Below the pieces are notes generated by a model. That model worked only from the letters and a program-made list of their open reading frames with translations. It searched no databases and had not been told where the DNA came from. Made by a program: the position numbers and the translations under genes. This document shows, in pieces, positions 39,790 to 53,924 of a DNA stretch of 64,000 nt. The number at the start of each line of letters is the position of its first letter. Position 1 is the first letter of the stretch. The DNA is taken from the NCBI RefSeq assembly GCF_006345805.1, contig NC_042997.1, positions 70,184,001 through 70,248,000 on the forward strand, in the 5' to 3' direction. This DNA is from Octopus sinensis (lineage: Eukaryota).

Positions 39790-41180
39790 TGTGTGTGTGT
39801 GTGTGTGTGTGTACATACATACATATCTATACTCATAACTGTTCATCACTAAAGATCAGGTTCTTAGACTGAATATTTTTTAGTATTGAATTTGTATAAA
39901 AAGAATAGATCCGTGGCCTGCAGCTGCGAGGATACATGTTGAGAGCTGATCAACCCCACCCCTGTGTCAACAAGAATATGCATGAGATTTATCTCGGAAA
40001 TAAACGGAGCAGTTTATCTCAATTGACAATTTTACTAGAATTTTCATGGGCGAATGGTTTACATTTACTTTTATTGAATTTGCAATCAATGTGACAATGA
40101 CAACTATGATGGCAACGAAGACAATACCAATGATAACGTTATCATTATCAAAATCGGCAGTGATAATGCTGTTGATGTTCATGGTGAAGACGATGAAATC
40201 AACAGCGGTGACGACGACGACGACGAGAATGATGGTGATAGTGATGAGGATTTCGAGTGGGGACTAGACGAACGATAATGAAGCAAAATTAAGCACTGCT
40301 GATGACGACGAGCACTGTGATAGCTGTTGGCATTGGCGGAGGTTGCAAGAAAACAACGCTGAGAAGACAACTTTAAATCCTATGCATTAATCTTGTAAAT
40401 ATGAATTTAAGGGATTACATCGATTAAAAAAATAGAGAAAGGTGAGGAAGAAGAAAAAAATCTCAGGATATCGGTATCACTTCTATCTTCCGTACAACTT
40501 GCTGTGCGTGTGGTAGAGAACGGTGACAGAGGTAATGGTTGTTGTTGCTGTTGTTGGTGGTGGTGGATGCAGTGGCGGTTGTGGTGGAGATGGTGGTGGA
40601 TGTTGTTGGATGGCTGTAGGTGAAATAGAGTGAACGAAACACGTTTTAACTTTGTTTCTATTCTAGATGTTTAATTCCTACCCCCACGAACCTCGACCGC
40701 CACCAACACCAACACCATTAATACCACACCAGCTTACATACATCTTCGTCTTTCCCCGATACCAGATATAGGCGTTTGTTTATTTGTATAGATTTATCCA
40801 TCGTACTCTTGTTTATTATATAGCCGTTCGCTTACTAATAACTTTCCTTCTTCCTCTCTCCCTCTCTCTATTTTAAGATGTTTTTTACCCACTATTTTTC
40901 AATCTTTCTTTCACAATTTACACCAAGTTTCCGACTTTTCTCACTATTTTTTTTCGGTTTCTTTCATTCATGTTTTCAATCCGTTCATTCATTTCTTTGT
41001 TTTTCATTCATTGACTGGCAATTTAACTAATTCTATCATTCCTTATCTCAAACATATTCGTTGTCCTTCCTAACCTTCATATTTAATTCATCACTGAACG
41101 AACCTGTTAATATTTTATACTAAACATGTCAACCTCTTATTCACTCGCTTAAATATTTGTGTGAGTGTGTTTATGTGTGT

Positions 41181-41223
<43 letters not shown>

Positions 41224-44079
41224 TGTGTGTATGTGTATATTTATGCATTCGTAGTGCATATATGTAGGTATATGCAAATGTATGCATGCACTCTTACATA
41301 CACACTCTCACACACACGCACATACACACACACATACACTCACGCACACGCACACACACACATGATAGATGTATAAGAATGAAGTTGACATTGAAATTAC
41401 ACAACGAGCACTTCCATGAGAATAGATCTTTGCTATTTATTAATAAGATTACGTAAAGGAACAAAATAACCAAGCCATTTCTTCAGATGTGACTTGAATT
41501 ATCAAAACACAAAATGGTCTGCAACATGCGATAGTGATGGAAATTTACAGACAGTAATATGTAATAGAATTCAATAGTATTTACTATTAGGACACCATCA
41601 TAAACCCAACAGTATTCCCAGGCGATCGGCAGCAGTTTACAGGAAATGATGTTAACTGATTAGAGTTATTATCTAAAAGCATGACAAAATTCCGGCATAT
41701 CATTTGAAGTGAAAAATTTTGAGCAATTAGTATAATGCGATAGCCACTCTGCCGGTTCGCTTCTACAATTTTTGTATTAGATTTGTGTGAATCGTCTTAA
41801 AAGAGGCAAATACTTTATGTCTAGGGACACCAGAAACATCATTATTATATTTCTTATATCAGGTCAGGTGTTTTCAAACACTAAATCTTTTGTGATATCT
41901 CTGTGTTCGAGTATTTTGGTAAAATTCTTCGAGACTAATGAAATAAATACAGATATGCGTTTTATTCATTTGCACGAGAATATGCTTACAAATATGTTAA
42001 GTCGTATGTTTGTTTTAAGCCAATGAAGGTCAGTTGAACAGCTGAAATGTCAAAACACGTGTTCCTGTACTTTTGATAACATGCATTTCATTCGGCTAAG
42101 GTCAATACATTTGCTACACAAGTGAGATTAACAAATCAGCTATGCTCTATCTCATGAACATGTAAAGGTGAACGTAACAAATCATTTATGTTAAGGACTG
42201 TGAGTGTTGTCCAAATCCATCAAACATATTATGGCCGCTTTCTAACGTTCCGGTTCCGTGTTCTGATGATTCTCTTGTGCTGTTTTATTTACTTCGTTTT
42301 GGGCGACATATCAACAAATACAATTTGTATATTAATTAAGTCCAAGTATTTTTTTCCTCTAAAGAAAAAATAATGAAGGTCGTTGGTAGTGCGTTTAGTA
42401 GTTCAGAATGACAGAGGGTTGAAGCTAAATATGCCATCATTTTTATAATACCTTTAATTGTAACTTCAATTTGTTTCTAATATTTCATTGGCTGAAGGAA
42501 TAGATATGAATTTCATTCACAGAAATCTAAAGTAAATAGAATACAATATATGTGAAAGTGTCTGGGCAAAGCAAATTACAATATATAACTTTGACTTCTG
42601 ATTTCATGTTCAAATCAAGACGTGGTCAAATTAGTATTTCACATCGCAAACTACGATAAGTGCAGGTGTATCTCAACAACAGCAGTAGCTATAACGGTTG
42701 GAAGATTGTTAATTATTATCCTGTCATTGGCAGTTTTCTTTATTCCGTAACCAACACACCTAACTCCGAAATATCAAAGTAACGCTCAATGTGGACAACT
42801 ACATCCCTCTTAGTAGTAACGGCATTAATAATGATAAGTGTTTTGTTAGATGGCAATACTAACAACTTCCAATGCGATTTTCTGTATAACATATATATCG
42901 CTCGTCACACTCACTGTCTGTTATTCTATATTTCTTTTACCATTTAATGTTTTCTATAATTCTTCATTTTTATCTCAATGGTAGCAGTCATATTTTATTC
43001 ATTCTACATCATACTCTGTTGTTACAGTAGATGTATTGGTACACCTAAACACTTAAAAATTCTATTTGCTATCTTCTCTATAATTCTTACTTCTTATAAT
43101 CTGCCTTAATCCTCCAGATTTCATTATATTTCCATGTATGCTTGTTCACTCTTCTGTCTAAATTTCATTTGACTATTCACTTCTCTTTCTTCACATTCGT
43201 CTCGTGATACTTCTCCTCTCCATCACACGCGCACGCACGCACACACTCACACTATTCTTTCGCTTCCACCAATTCTTTTTTTGTTTCCATTCGGTTTCTG
43301 TTTTCTTTCCTAAGATTATTTTTTAAAAAGGACACGTAAAACAGACGACAGAAACAATTTTTGCTAAACTCTAAAATGGTTACTTTATCCGTTATTTCAA
43401 AATTATCTACTACTCCACGCTCACTTCCTTTTTACCTCCTCATTTTCACCGAACTCTTTTTTGTTGATTTTATTGTTGTTCTTAATTTTATATTATTGCT
43501 ATTATAGTTATTGTTCCCTTATTTCCCAAGTCTTCTTTTATATATTTTCTTATTTAATTGTTGTTTGCGCTTTTGGCTTTTGTTTTCTGTATTACCTTAT
43601 ACCCTCATTTGTTTATCCTTGTGGTAAAGTAAACACAGAGTCGAACAAATAAAGTTACATCTACGTGAATTTTAAACCTAGTAGAAAAATAGCCAAATCT
43701 TCAAATAACGCTGTATCGTCTCGAAAGAGGATAAACGAAATGTTTGTGCTATCGTTACAGCTCGAATAATTATAATAACAGGTATATTAGCCTGACCAGG
43801 AGCTAAACAACATGGTCGCAGACTATATAACTTCTCATACTTACTTTCACCTTTTTACTTACTACATTCAAACCCTGGTAAAATCAATATTGTCAGACCA
43901 GGGATTTCTGAAAGTTTATCCATAGTTTCCAAGTCAAAAGTCCCCCATCATATACCACCAGCCAGTTAACTCTCGTTGATGCCTAGATTTTTGTAACTCT
44001 TCCACCTCACTTATAGAACACTGACGTGAAAGTTCAGTCCAATGCATTGCTCGACTTGTTCAAAGCTGTGAAAACCTGT

Positions 44080-45060
44080 GAGAACCTGCAATATTCTAGA
44101 TATTAGGTGTCCAGGACTTAATTTCATTTGACTCAGAACTGCAGCTCATTTAAAGATATGAGTCGTAGAAAGCCGGACCTGACAAAGGGCAGCTGCACCT
44201 GCTTACCGCTTAGATGCTACAGCCTCAGAAAAAATGTCTACACATTAATAGCTACGGTATACCAAGTCCTTCGTCCAGAAAATCTTAATAGCTGATGGAC
44301 CGCCTGGCTAGTAGAACGGGTTCCTTCCATAAAAACGAAATTGCAAGCTCTCCAAACTGGTCAGTCACGAAACAGAGTAAGGCACATCGGTCAGGCAGCA
44401 TTTTAGATTATATATGCATTCGCTACATTTTCCTGATTTCCTCTCAGACTATTTGTGAGACAAGCTATTCTACTTGTCACCTCGTTCTGGTTCCTATTCA
44501 TTTGCAAGTCCGGATCCAAGTTGACCCCAAGAAACTTAACTCCCGGACCGCAATAACACTGTTTCATAGCATGGTCACGATGCTGCAGTTGTTGAGCCGG
44601 GAGATTTTTGCGACTGCCAAACACTTGGTATTTCTTTAGAATGTACTAATTATATGGGCCGCACACACACACTCACACTATTCTTTCGCTTCCACCAATT
44701 CTTTTTTTGTTTCCATTCGGTTTCTGTTTTCTTTCCTAAGATTATTTTTTAATCGGATATCTGTGATGTCCGATACAACAACTGTGACATCTCCACATAC
44801 ACCGACAAGGCTCTTTCGTGTCCCAGTTTTAATGAATTACCCTTCAACAAGACCAGTTCTGTAGTAGCGGGCTGAGAGTCATTTTGATTAGAGGAGATGA
44901 GAGAAAGAACATCTTTGATGGACCAAGAACATGATCTTAAGTTATTCCAGTAGGTGGACAGTGTTTCTGATAACCTAGCAGATGCCGCTGTGTAATGAAG
45001 TGATCCAGAGCCAGAACGCCAAGAAGCGATGGTTGACCTGTCAAAAGCCTGCCATTAATC
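44080..45060 (-). mobile_element. Decayed L2/CR1-group LINE RT fragment interrupted by an 86-bp local duplication
   Basis: Minus frames give (K)AFDRST..., ...LSVYVEM..., LKKYQVFGSRKNL and VKFLGVNLDPDLQMN. Confidence 0.55.
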
Positions 45061-47033
45061 CAAGTTAAGTAGAATCCCATGAAAGCTAGGTTTAATAACT
45101 ACCCTCTCTGCAATGAGATGGAGGTCGTCACACTCACTCTCTGTTATTCTATATTTGCAAACGAGTGCGATTTAAAGCAGCATGTCACGCTTAGTATTTT
45201 TCTTATTGTAATTGCTGTTACAATTTTTGCATCCATGCTTTCTCAATAATTTCTTTTAGTATTTTCCAATCGTTTGCTTTTTCTACCTATTCTTTCTTTT
45301 TGTCTCTCTATCTGATACACGAACTTCCTTCAGTTGTCTCCCTTTATAATCGATTATATATTAAACTCAGTCCAGATTCTCTCTTTACCACACCCCTTGT
45401 ATAATCACATCCCACATCACTCTCTCTCCCTGTCTCTCTCTTTATTGTATGATTGTATATATGTATTTGTATTTACTTAAGATTGTATGTGTGCAAGTAT
45501 GTATGTACGTATTTCCGTAATTAGATTCTTTATTCTTTTCGTCAACTTTTACGCAACATATTCTTCAAATTTTAAGAGAAGGCCTTGCAGATTTGTTTTG
45601 CCGAAACTATTCTGGTCGTGCATAGGGTATGAATTCGGGGATTGCGTTATATTTATTCCAAGAATCCAAATTCACTTGTATCCAGGTGGGTTAGCACATA
45701 TTCACTACAATAATAATGGGTATGAAGTTGGAAGAGCGCTTTATTTATAGACTCTACATACCAATGATCCATAGTTGCCAGTTTGCTGTTCTATCTTTCC
45801 TACCATCTTAACGTCAAAAAGGCTTTCACAACCGAAAAATGTTTCTATTTTGAGATCCCAAAGAACATTATTAGATTAGCTGCAAGTAAGTGACAGTGTT
45901 TATTTTTAAGTTCACCCAATATTCATTTGATCAATCGGTCTTAGTGTATTCATCTTTGTTTGTTTTGTTTTTTCTTGCTCTATTCGATGTTCAGGTCATG
46001 TTCAGTGAGAACTAGTATCTGGAGAACATCCACTTAGAGTTAGCAGCAAGACTCAAAAACTTAGTATATGAAACTTTGAGTATTGCTTATATTATATATC
46101 AGCACGTTTTCTACTTTCTCAATAAATGGTACAAATGGAAGGGGTTGCTCCCTGATTGCATGTAGATAACTTCAAAGCGAGATGTTATATAATTGCTGAT
46201 ATTCCATGCTTAGCATTTTATATGATTCCTCTTCATTTTGTGCTTTTCGTTTCAAGCAACCTTATAAACCATCGCAGACAACAGGTCAAATTTTATATTG
46301 CATTGTAAGAGCTAGAGTATTATTTTCCAACGTTCTTGGGGATAGATAACTGACAGATTTTATTTCATGTCGCTCTCCAAGTTCATTATTTTCCATTAAT
46401 AGCCCTGTACAGGAAATTTACTGAGTTTCTTTGCTCGAAGATTTCAATCCACATTTCATATAATGTAGTACAGATTAAACATAACGGCCACCCACATTGT
46501 GTGGAACATATAGATTGTATACAACCTCAGTTGTATTGATACTACCAGTATCTCTGAGAAGTTTCCATGTTTATACATCTACCTCACTTCTTCTTGGAGT
46601 AACCTATTCAGAAAAACAAAAGCAGGTACTGGAAGAGACGGCTGTTGTAAGCAATAAGGTTGTTATAAACCGAGAATTTTGAAACTAGGCAAAACTTTCG
46701 TCCTTTGTGATGTCTTTCCTTATTGATATCATGTTAATAATTCTTTAATATTTAAATTCTGAATTTGTCCATCAAACTTGCAATCCTTATAAGTTTCCAT
46801 ACATACATACATACATACGTACATACATACATACATACATACATGCATACATGCATACATGCATATATAAAAACATACATACATACATACATACATACAT
46901 GCATATATAAATAGTACATGCATACATACATACAAACATGTTTATCTATCTGTCTATCGATCGATCGCTCGATCTCTATTTCTTTCTGCATCACACATTC
47001 ACTCTCTTTCTCTCTCTTCCCCTCAATTCCTCC

Positions 47034-47064
<31 letters not shown>

Positions 47065-47087
47065 ACCCTCTCTAATATATGTATGTA

Positions 47088-47124
<37 letters not shown>

Positions 47125-47647
47125 TAATAAATAAAATATATGCATACATACAAACATATATGTACGTACCTACATCTACATGTATATATACATGCATATA
47201 TAAATATATATACGTGAGTACAGGACACCACAACTATACGTAGAACTCAACGAGAAACGAAAACGGAAGAGCCATTTTTTTTACAACAGAAAAACAAAGT
47301 ACAGGACATACTACACAAGGAAAAATCCCCAATCATCAGCTGTCGCTAGTTTGACTCAAGCGTGTTTCGAAGACAAGACAGGACACGACTCGTCAAAACT
47401 AGGCCTTCTTGCGAGAGAATTAAAATAAAATTACCTCGCAGAGGGGTAAAAACAAGCAAGAAAAAAATGTAACACAAACAGAACGTAACAATAAAACTGC
47501 ACAATAAAATACAAGATAAAAATACATGTACAGGAAAATACAAAACGAGAAATAAAAAGAAAATACAATACGAGAAATCAAAATAAACAAGAAAACGAAC
47601 GAGAAAAACAAACGAAAAGGCCTTTTGTCTGGCTTTTCTGGTTTCGT

Positions 47648-48929
47648 TCGGTGCTCGTATGCCAGGTGCTAGCGTAATGAAAACAGTCGAAATGTTTGGT
47701 GCATCAAGAAGTACTGTTTCGAAAGCCTTTAGGAAAGAGGGAAAAACCTCCTCGTCGAAACAAACAGCAACAACAACCATTATCCCCTGTCACCGTTCTC
47801 TACCACACACACACAGCAGGTTGTACGGGAGATAGAAGTGATACCGATATTCTGAGATTTTTTCTTCCTCCTCAACTTTCTCTATTTTTTTAATCGCTGT
47901 AACCCCTTAAATTCATATTTACAAGATTAATGCATAGGATTTAATGTTATCTTCTCAGCGTTGCTTTCTTGCAACCTCCACCAATGCCAAGAGTACTCAT
48001 CGTCCGGAAGAAAACCAAAACTTCAGATAGTGACCATCGGACTCATACGCTAATTGTTAGAAAGGATCACAAAAGTACAGCTCCCAAAATTACTGCACAG
48101 TTTAATGAGCACCTCCTGAAGTCAGTTTCAACAAAAACCGTTCACCGGGAGCTGGTCAAAGCTAGATTTCACAGGAGGGCTGCAATCAGAAAACCACTAC
48201 TTTCAAAAACAAACGTTGCAAAGCGTGTAGACTAAATTAAAACCTACAGAATTGGTCTCTAGAGCAGTGGAATAATGTTATTACTACGGACGTGTCATCC
48301 TTCACCTTATTTCCAACCGCCGACCGAGTATACGTCTGGAGACAGCCAAAAGAAGCATTTAACCAAGACTGCCTTCTTCCAACTGTTAAACATGGAGGGG
48401 GATCTGTGATGATCTGGAGTGGGGTGGGATATATCGTGGAAATCTGCGGCACAATGGTTTCCCTTCATCTCAGAATTAATAGTCAAGACTATTTAAGCAT
48501 TTTATCTGATCAAATTCATCCTATGGTTGTGGAAGTGTTTCCGGAGGGAAAGGGAATCTTTCAGGATGATAATGCATCAATTCACACAGCTAAATTTGCT
48601 ACTGAATGGCACGAGGAACATTCTAATGAAGTTGAACATCTTATCTGGCCACCATAGTCCCCAGATCTCAATATTATTGAAAATTTATGGTACATTTTAG
48701 AAAAACAAGTAAAGATTCGATATCCTCCACCATCATCACTACAAGAACTGGAGACTGTTTTAGCTGAAGAATGGACAAAAATTCCTTTGGAAACAATTCA
48801 AACTTTGAACGAGTCCATATCTCGAAGAATTCAAGCTGGAATTAGTGGCAAAGGCGGTCCTACCCCGTATTAAAATTAATATTGTTTGAAATTTTAAGGT
48901 GTTTCCATTATTTTGTCCAAACCCTATAC
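47648..48929 (+). mobile_element. Decayed Tc1-family transposon, D-36-E spacing (Incomer-like), with a ~240-bp insertion at 47,763-48,004
   Basis: GARMPGASVMKTVEMFGASRSTVSK, RRAAIRKPLLSKTN, PTVKHGGGSVMIW, IFQDDNASIH...WPP*SPDLNIIE, GGPTPY*. The 3' TIR-like end is ttttgtccaaaccc+TA. Confidence 0.9.
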
Positions 48930-48980
48930 CCCCCCCCACATATATATACATGCATATATATATATATATATATATACATT

Positions 48981-49037
<57 letters not shown>

Positions 49038-49042
<5 letters not shown>

Positions 49043-49320
49043 CTGTATTGCCCGGCTTTGTGTGACTATTAATCGCACTGAGGAAAATCGATTAATCTGC
49101 GAGTGCAAACTCCATACTTTCTTACACAATGTACGTACATGCGCTCGTGCGTTCTATGCACGCGCGAATTAAGCTAAACTTGGATGAAGTTCAATCAAAA
49201 TTTAATTATTTTGGTTTTAAAATCAAGCATTTAATACCCTCTATTTTTGCGCTTATGTGTTCCATTTCCTCAATAGGAAGTACGTAGAAGCGTTTCATAA
49301 ATTTTTGTTGATCAAATAAT
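49038..49320 (+). mobile_element. Possible second Helitron-like repeat
   Basis: It begins attagctgtattgcccggctttg directly after (TA)n, like the start of 30,003. Confidence 0.25.
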
Positions 49321-49346
49321 TGCATTGTTGAATTATTCTTTTAGAT

Positions 49347-49900
49347 CAGTATTTCTCAACGGGGATTTCAGGGGAGAGTTTCAGGGAGTCGCTGGCGATG
49401 TATCGTGATGATCAAAAATCCGGCCTGCTAAAATTTGGTTAAAGTGATTCAAACTGCAGACTCAACGCAAAATGGTCACATTTAATTCAAAGCGTTAAAA
49501 ATGTTATGAAAACAATTGGTATGTGTTCACAAAGTCCAAAACGATTAATACGAAAAAAACCCTCCAAGCTACATCCCGAAAATTCATTTCTTTGCCGAAT
49601 TTCTACAATGTTTACGGCGATTCGTTTTTATAACTTGATCTTTTATTTTTCATGCAATTTACGCATGCTTGCACGCGTGGTGAACACAGTTCACGTCAAA
49701 CAGCTGACTGAGTAAATAAAGTTCACTATTCAATGCATGGGATAAAGCCTAAACAAACACATTATCGATTTTTGCACTTGCGAGATGAATTTCGGAACAG
49801 AAATAGCGCAGTTCAATTTTCATTCGCCTAAACTTTAAGTGACCCATTTTTGGTGGTTCTACGATTTGTTGGCTAGGAGGAGATGTGCCGGGAAGTTTAA
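49347..49900. mobile_element. Possible hAT-derived fragment
   Basis: It starts cagtatttctcaac, similar to the hAT terminus at 29,172. No second end or TSD was found. Confidence 0.2.
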
Positions 49901-49944
49901 CACACAGACACACATACAGATACACACACAGACACACAAGTTGA

Positions 49945-50019
<75 letters not shown>

Positions 50020-50020
<1 letters not shown>

Positions 50021-50359
50021 CCTCGGACCGACTAAAGCCTTGTGAGTGGATTTAGTTGGCGGAAACTGAAAAAAGCCCGATGTGTATGCATGTGTGCGTG
50101 GTGTGTCTGCGCCTGTTTGTTCGCCATCACTGCTTCAGAATCGGCATGAGTGTGTTTACGTCCCTATTAATTTAACGCTTCGGCAAATGACTCCTATAGA
50201 ATAAGTACTAGGCTTAAAAATTCAATTCTGAAGGCCGTACCCCACGATGGGCGCAATAAATGAAATGACCGAAAGAAGTAAAAGATATATATATGCATGC
50301 ATAATACATATTTACAAACTTACGTACGTATATATTAAAGAGAAAGAGGGATAGATAGA

Positions 50360-50433
<74 letters not shown>

Positions 50434-50463
50434 GTGTGTGTGTGTGTACGTATGATATATATA

Positions 50464-50517
<54 letters not shown>

Positions 50518-50605
50518 GTATGTATATATGTATGCATATATGTATGGGTGCCCCAGCATGGCCACAGTTCGTGAGCTGAAACTAGATAAAATGAAAAAAG
50601 AAAAA
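50020..50605 (+). mobile_element. SINE family B copy split by a (TA)n expansion
   Basis: gactaaagccttgtgagtggattt…gtgtttacgtccc…tagaataagtactaggctt, and later ggtgccccagcatggccacagt…ctgaaactagataaaa. Confidence 0.55.
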
Positions 50606-51160
50606 TGAAAAAATGTATGTATTTATTTATGTATGTAAGTACGTGTGTGTGTGTGAATGTGTGTAGCAAGTTCTATCTCCTTTTCTCTTTGTTTTCCCTT
50701 TCACATTATATTTTCTCACATTATGCTCCTATGTATATAATTCCCCATAACTCACCACCCCTCTTCCTTTTATCATTCGTTAGCTAATTCACTCAAGCTC
50801 TTTTCCCCCTCTCTCTTTCTCCCGCCTCCTCCTAAACCTCCTCCTTCTGCTCCTCGTTCTCCTCCACTCTATTTATTACTTTGCCTCTCGTCTTCCCGCC
50901 TCTCTTCACTTCCTCATAGACTGTAACCCTCATTAAGCATATTGACGCGCTCCACCCTTTTCATTCAAACCGACGCTCATGACCTGTGTCACGACCCTGT
51001 TACTCCTTGACCCTATTTAAAAACATGACAATCGAGTGGCGACCAGGTATCCTCACTCTACATGACATGTTTCACTGTCTCTTCGTTTGTATGCATGTAT
51101 GTTTGTGACAGCGTGAGTACGTGGCGGCGCATGCCACTCTCCCTCCCTTTCTCTCTCTCT

Positions 51161-51199
<39 letters not shown>

Positions 51200-52199
51200 T
51201 TTATTGATAATACTCTACAGATAATTGTGTGTACATGTATTTCTTGGAACCATAAGTTTGAGTGTTTGCTTCAAAAAGTGTATAAGTTTATGCGCGCGCG
51301 CGTGTGTGTGCTTGTGTGTAAATGTACGTGGGCGCGTGCACATATGTAGCTCTCTGTGTGCGTAATTGCGCGCGTGTGTGTAATTGCGTGTGTGTGCGTA
51401 ATTACGTATGTGTGTGTAATTGCGTGTCTGCGTGTGTGTGTCTGTGTGTGCGTATATGTGTAAACAATGAGTGTGTGTACACGTATGAGAGTAGTTCTGC
51501 ATGTGTGCGTGTGTACATCGTCGTGTATATGTGAACGTGAGCAGATTTGTGATAACGTGCATGTATACGTACTTGTGAATGGGGGTGTACACTTTTTTTG
51601 TGTGAGTGTAGTTGTATATATAGTAAAGCGTGTATCTTCGAGTATTCATACCTTCCTATGTATATGGGATTTTGTGTGCAATATGTCATATATAATGATA
51701 TGTTCCTTCTCATACGAACTTACAGCCTCCTTCACATCACCTTGCTCTTACCAATAATAATGATTTGAGTCATTGTAGAAAATAACGATAATAACAATAC
51801 TACGACGACGATAATGTAGACAGTAAAGATGACACTGGTGTTGTTGTTGTTAGTGGTGGTGGAGGCGTTGTTGTTCATGATTATTCTAAAGAGCATTAAG
51901 ATGGTAGTGATGACGATGGCGATGTTGATGATAGTGATGATGATGGTGGTGGTGATGAGGATGATGATAATGATGACGACGACGACGTCGTCGGCGGTGG
52001 CGGCGATGATGGTTGTGGCGCAGTTCGTTGAAGTGCTGATGATGATGATGGTAAACTGGAGATGTCAATATGTCGGAGAAACGTTCTCTCTAAAGCTGTA
52101 CTGCACAAAAATGGCGAATATTTTGTTGATTCTCAATGATTTGTGGAAACGATTATTATAATCAGGTTTGAACCCAGGTCAATGCTCTTAAGTCAGGGA

Positions 52200-52410
52200 T
52201 TTTTGCATTCATGATCGTAAGATTGTGATTTCGATTTTTATACCAGACAAGACGTCGTGTTCCTGGCAAAACACTTCATTTCACGTTGTCCCAGCCCATT
52301 CAGCTGGCAAAAACGAGAAATTCTGCTACAGAATAGCTTCCCATCCGGTGTAGGAATATATACGTCACAGAATCCGGGAAAGCAGACTTATGAGTTTACG
52401 GCTCAGAATG
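52200..52410 (+). mobile_element. Degenerate tRNA-derived SINE (third family)
   Basis: …gtgatttcgattttt…gtgttcctggcaaaacacttcatttcacgttgtcccagcccattcagctggcaaaa resembles the core of molluscan SINEs. Confidence 0.4.
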
Positions 52411-53208
52411 GTCTTTTGATTTTCTTTCTTTTCTTTTCTTTTTTTTGTTTTTTGAAGTGCAATATATTTTACTGAAAGCTGTACCTGAATGTCTAACAGT
52501 AGTTACCACTTAGCTAGTTGAGGTGTTTGTATTGATACTTGTCGTAGGACTGGTGGTGGTGCTAAGGAAATAGAATGATGGTATTAACAACGATGGCGAT
52601 AGGAATGGTTTTAAAGGATAATCGTTGTTATTATTCCTGGTAGTGTTGAGGCTTGTGATGGCAACTGAAATATTGCTGCAGAAGGTTGTAATTTGGTGGA
52701 AGTGGTGGCAGTGCTTATAATATCGGTATCGTTTTGAGCGGAGGCGTTGGATGTTGTTATGTTTTGTTGGTGTTGTTATTGTTGTTGATGTTGATGATGT
52801 TAGTATTGGTAGGGATACTGTTGATAATGCTCATGTTAATGTTGTTGCTCTAATGGTGCTGATGGTGACGCTAGTTGTAGTGAGATGGTTTAATCTCTTT
52901 TGCTGTTGATAGAGGTGGATTTGGCAGTGTAAGATTAGTGGTGTTGTTTTGATGCCATTGTCCTTTAGCCATTAGTCAGCTTTGACTAAACATATATAGA
53001 ATCGAAAGCTTTCAGCCGTGACTGTCTTTTTCTTTTGTATGTTGAGTCTTACATTTGTCTCTGCTTAATGTGTCTAGTGCTGCTTCGTACTACATTAATG
53101 ATCACGATATCGGAAAGTATACCGATATGTAAAACTTTTTTAAATTAAAAAGAGAAAGAAAAGAACATACATACATATATATACATACACTAATGTGTGC
53201 ATGTATAC

Positions 53209-53252
<44 letters not shown>

Positions 53253-53253
53253 T

Positions 53254-53811
53254 TAAAAGCCAAAAAAAGAGTGAAAAAACTACAGAAGACTTGTGTTATA
53301 TGGTTCAAGAATATATTTAAATCGTTATGTTAGAAAAATGTTATAAAATTTTGCGTATAGTAACATAGTTTTTGGAGAAATAACCGGTTTCACATTTTCT
53401 TTTCAAATTTCTCAAATTTCTTTACCTATATTGTGTCATGTCTTCGCTATGCTGTGAAATATGGAGTTCCAGGCAGGGGAAGGTAATCAGGGATTTTTTC
53501 CGGTATAAGGGAGATAATCAAACATGTTGGGAATGACTAATTTAACATGATTTGGTTTAGAAGGAATAGAATGTTACAAGTGGTTAGGTTTTGCTTTATA
53601 TTATTTTCAATGAGGTGAGTTTCCTAACATTTTTAGATAAGGAAACTCACCTCATTGAAAATAATATAAATTGAGAAATTTGAAAAGAAAATACCAAATC
53701 AGTTATTTCGCAAATTTTTATAACATTTTTTATAACATAACGATTTAAATATATTCTTTAACCATATAACACAAGCCTTATGTAGTTTTTTCACTCTTTT
53801 TTTGTCTTTTA
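53254..53811. repeat. Nested inverted repeats: outer ~140-160-bp arms and a perfect 31-bp hairpin (53,595-53,625 / 53,640-53,670)
   Basis: tttatattattttcaatgaggtgagtttcct pairs perfectly with aggaaactcacctcattgaaaataatataaa. 53,254-53,416 pairs with 53,668-53,811, with an internal deletion. Confidence 0.85.
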
Positions 53812-53851
53812 TACATCCAACCACGTGCTTTCACGTACCAACTCTCTCGCC

Positions 53852-53924
<73 letters not shown>

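Noticed and set aside
45780-46700. Non-repetitive island as a pseudogene
   Set aside because: There is no consistent frame or recognisable motif without a database search.
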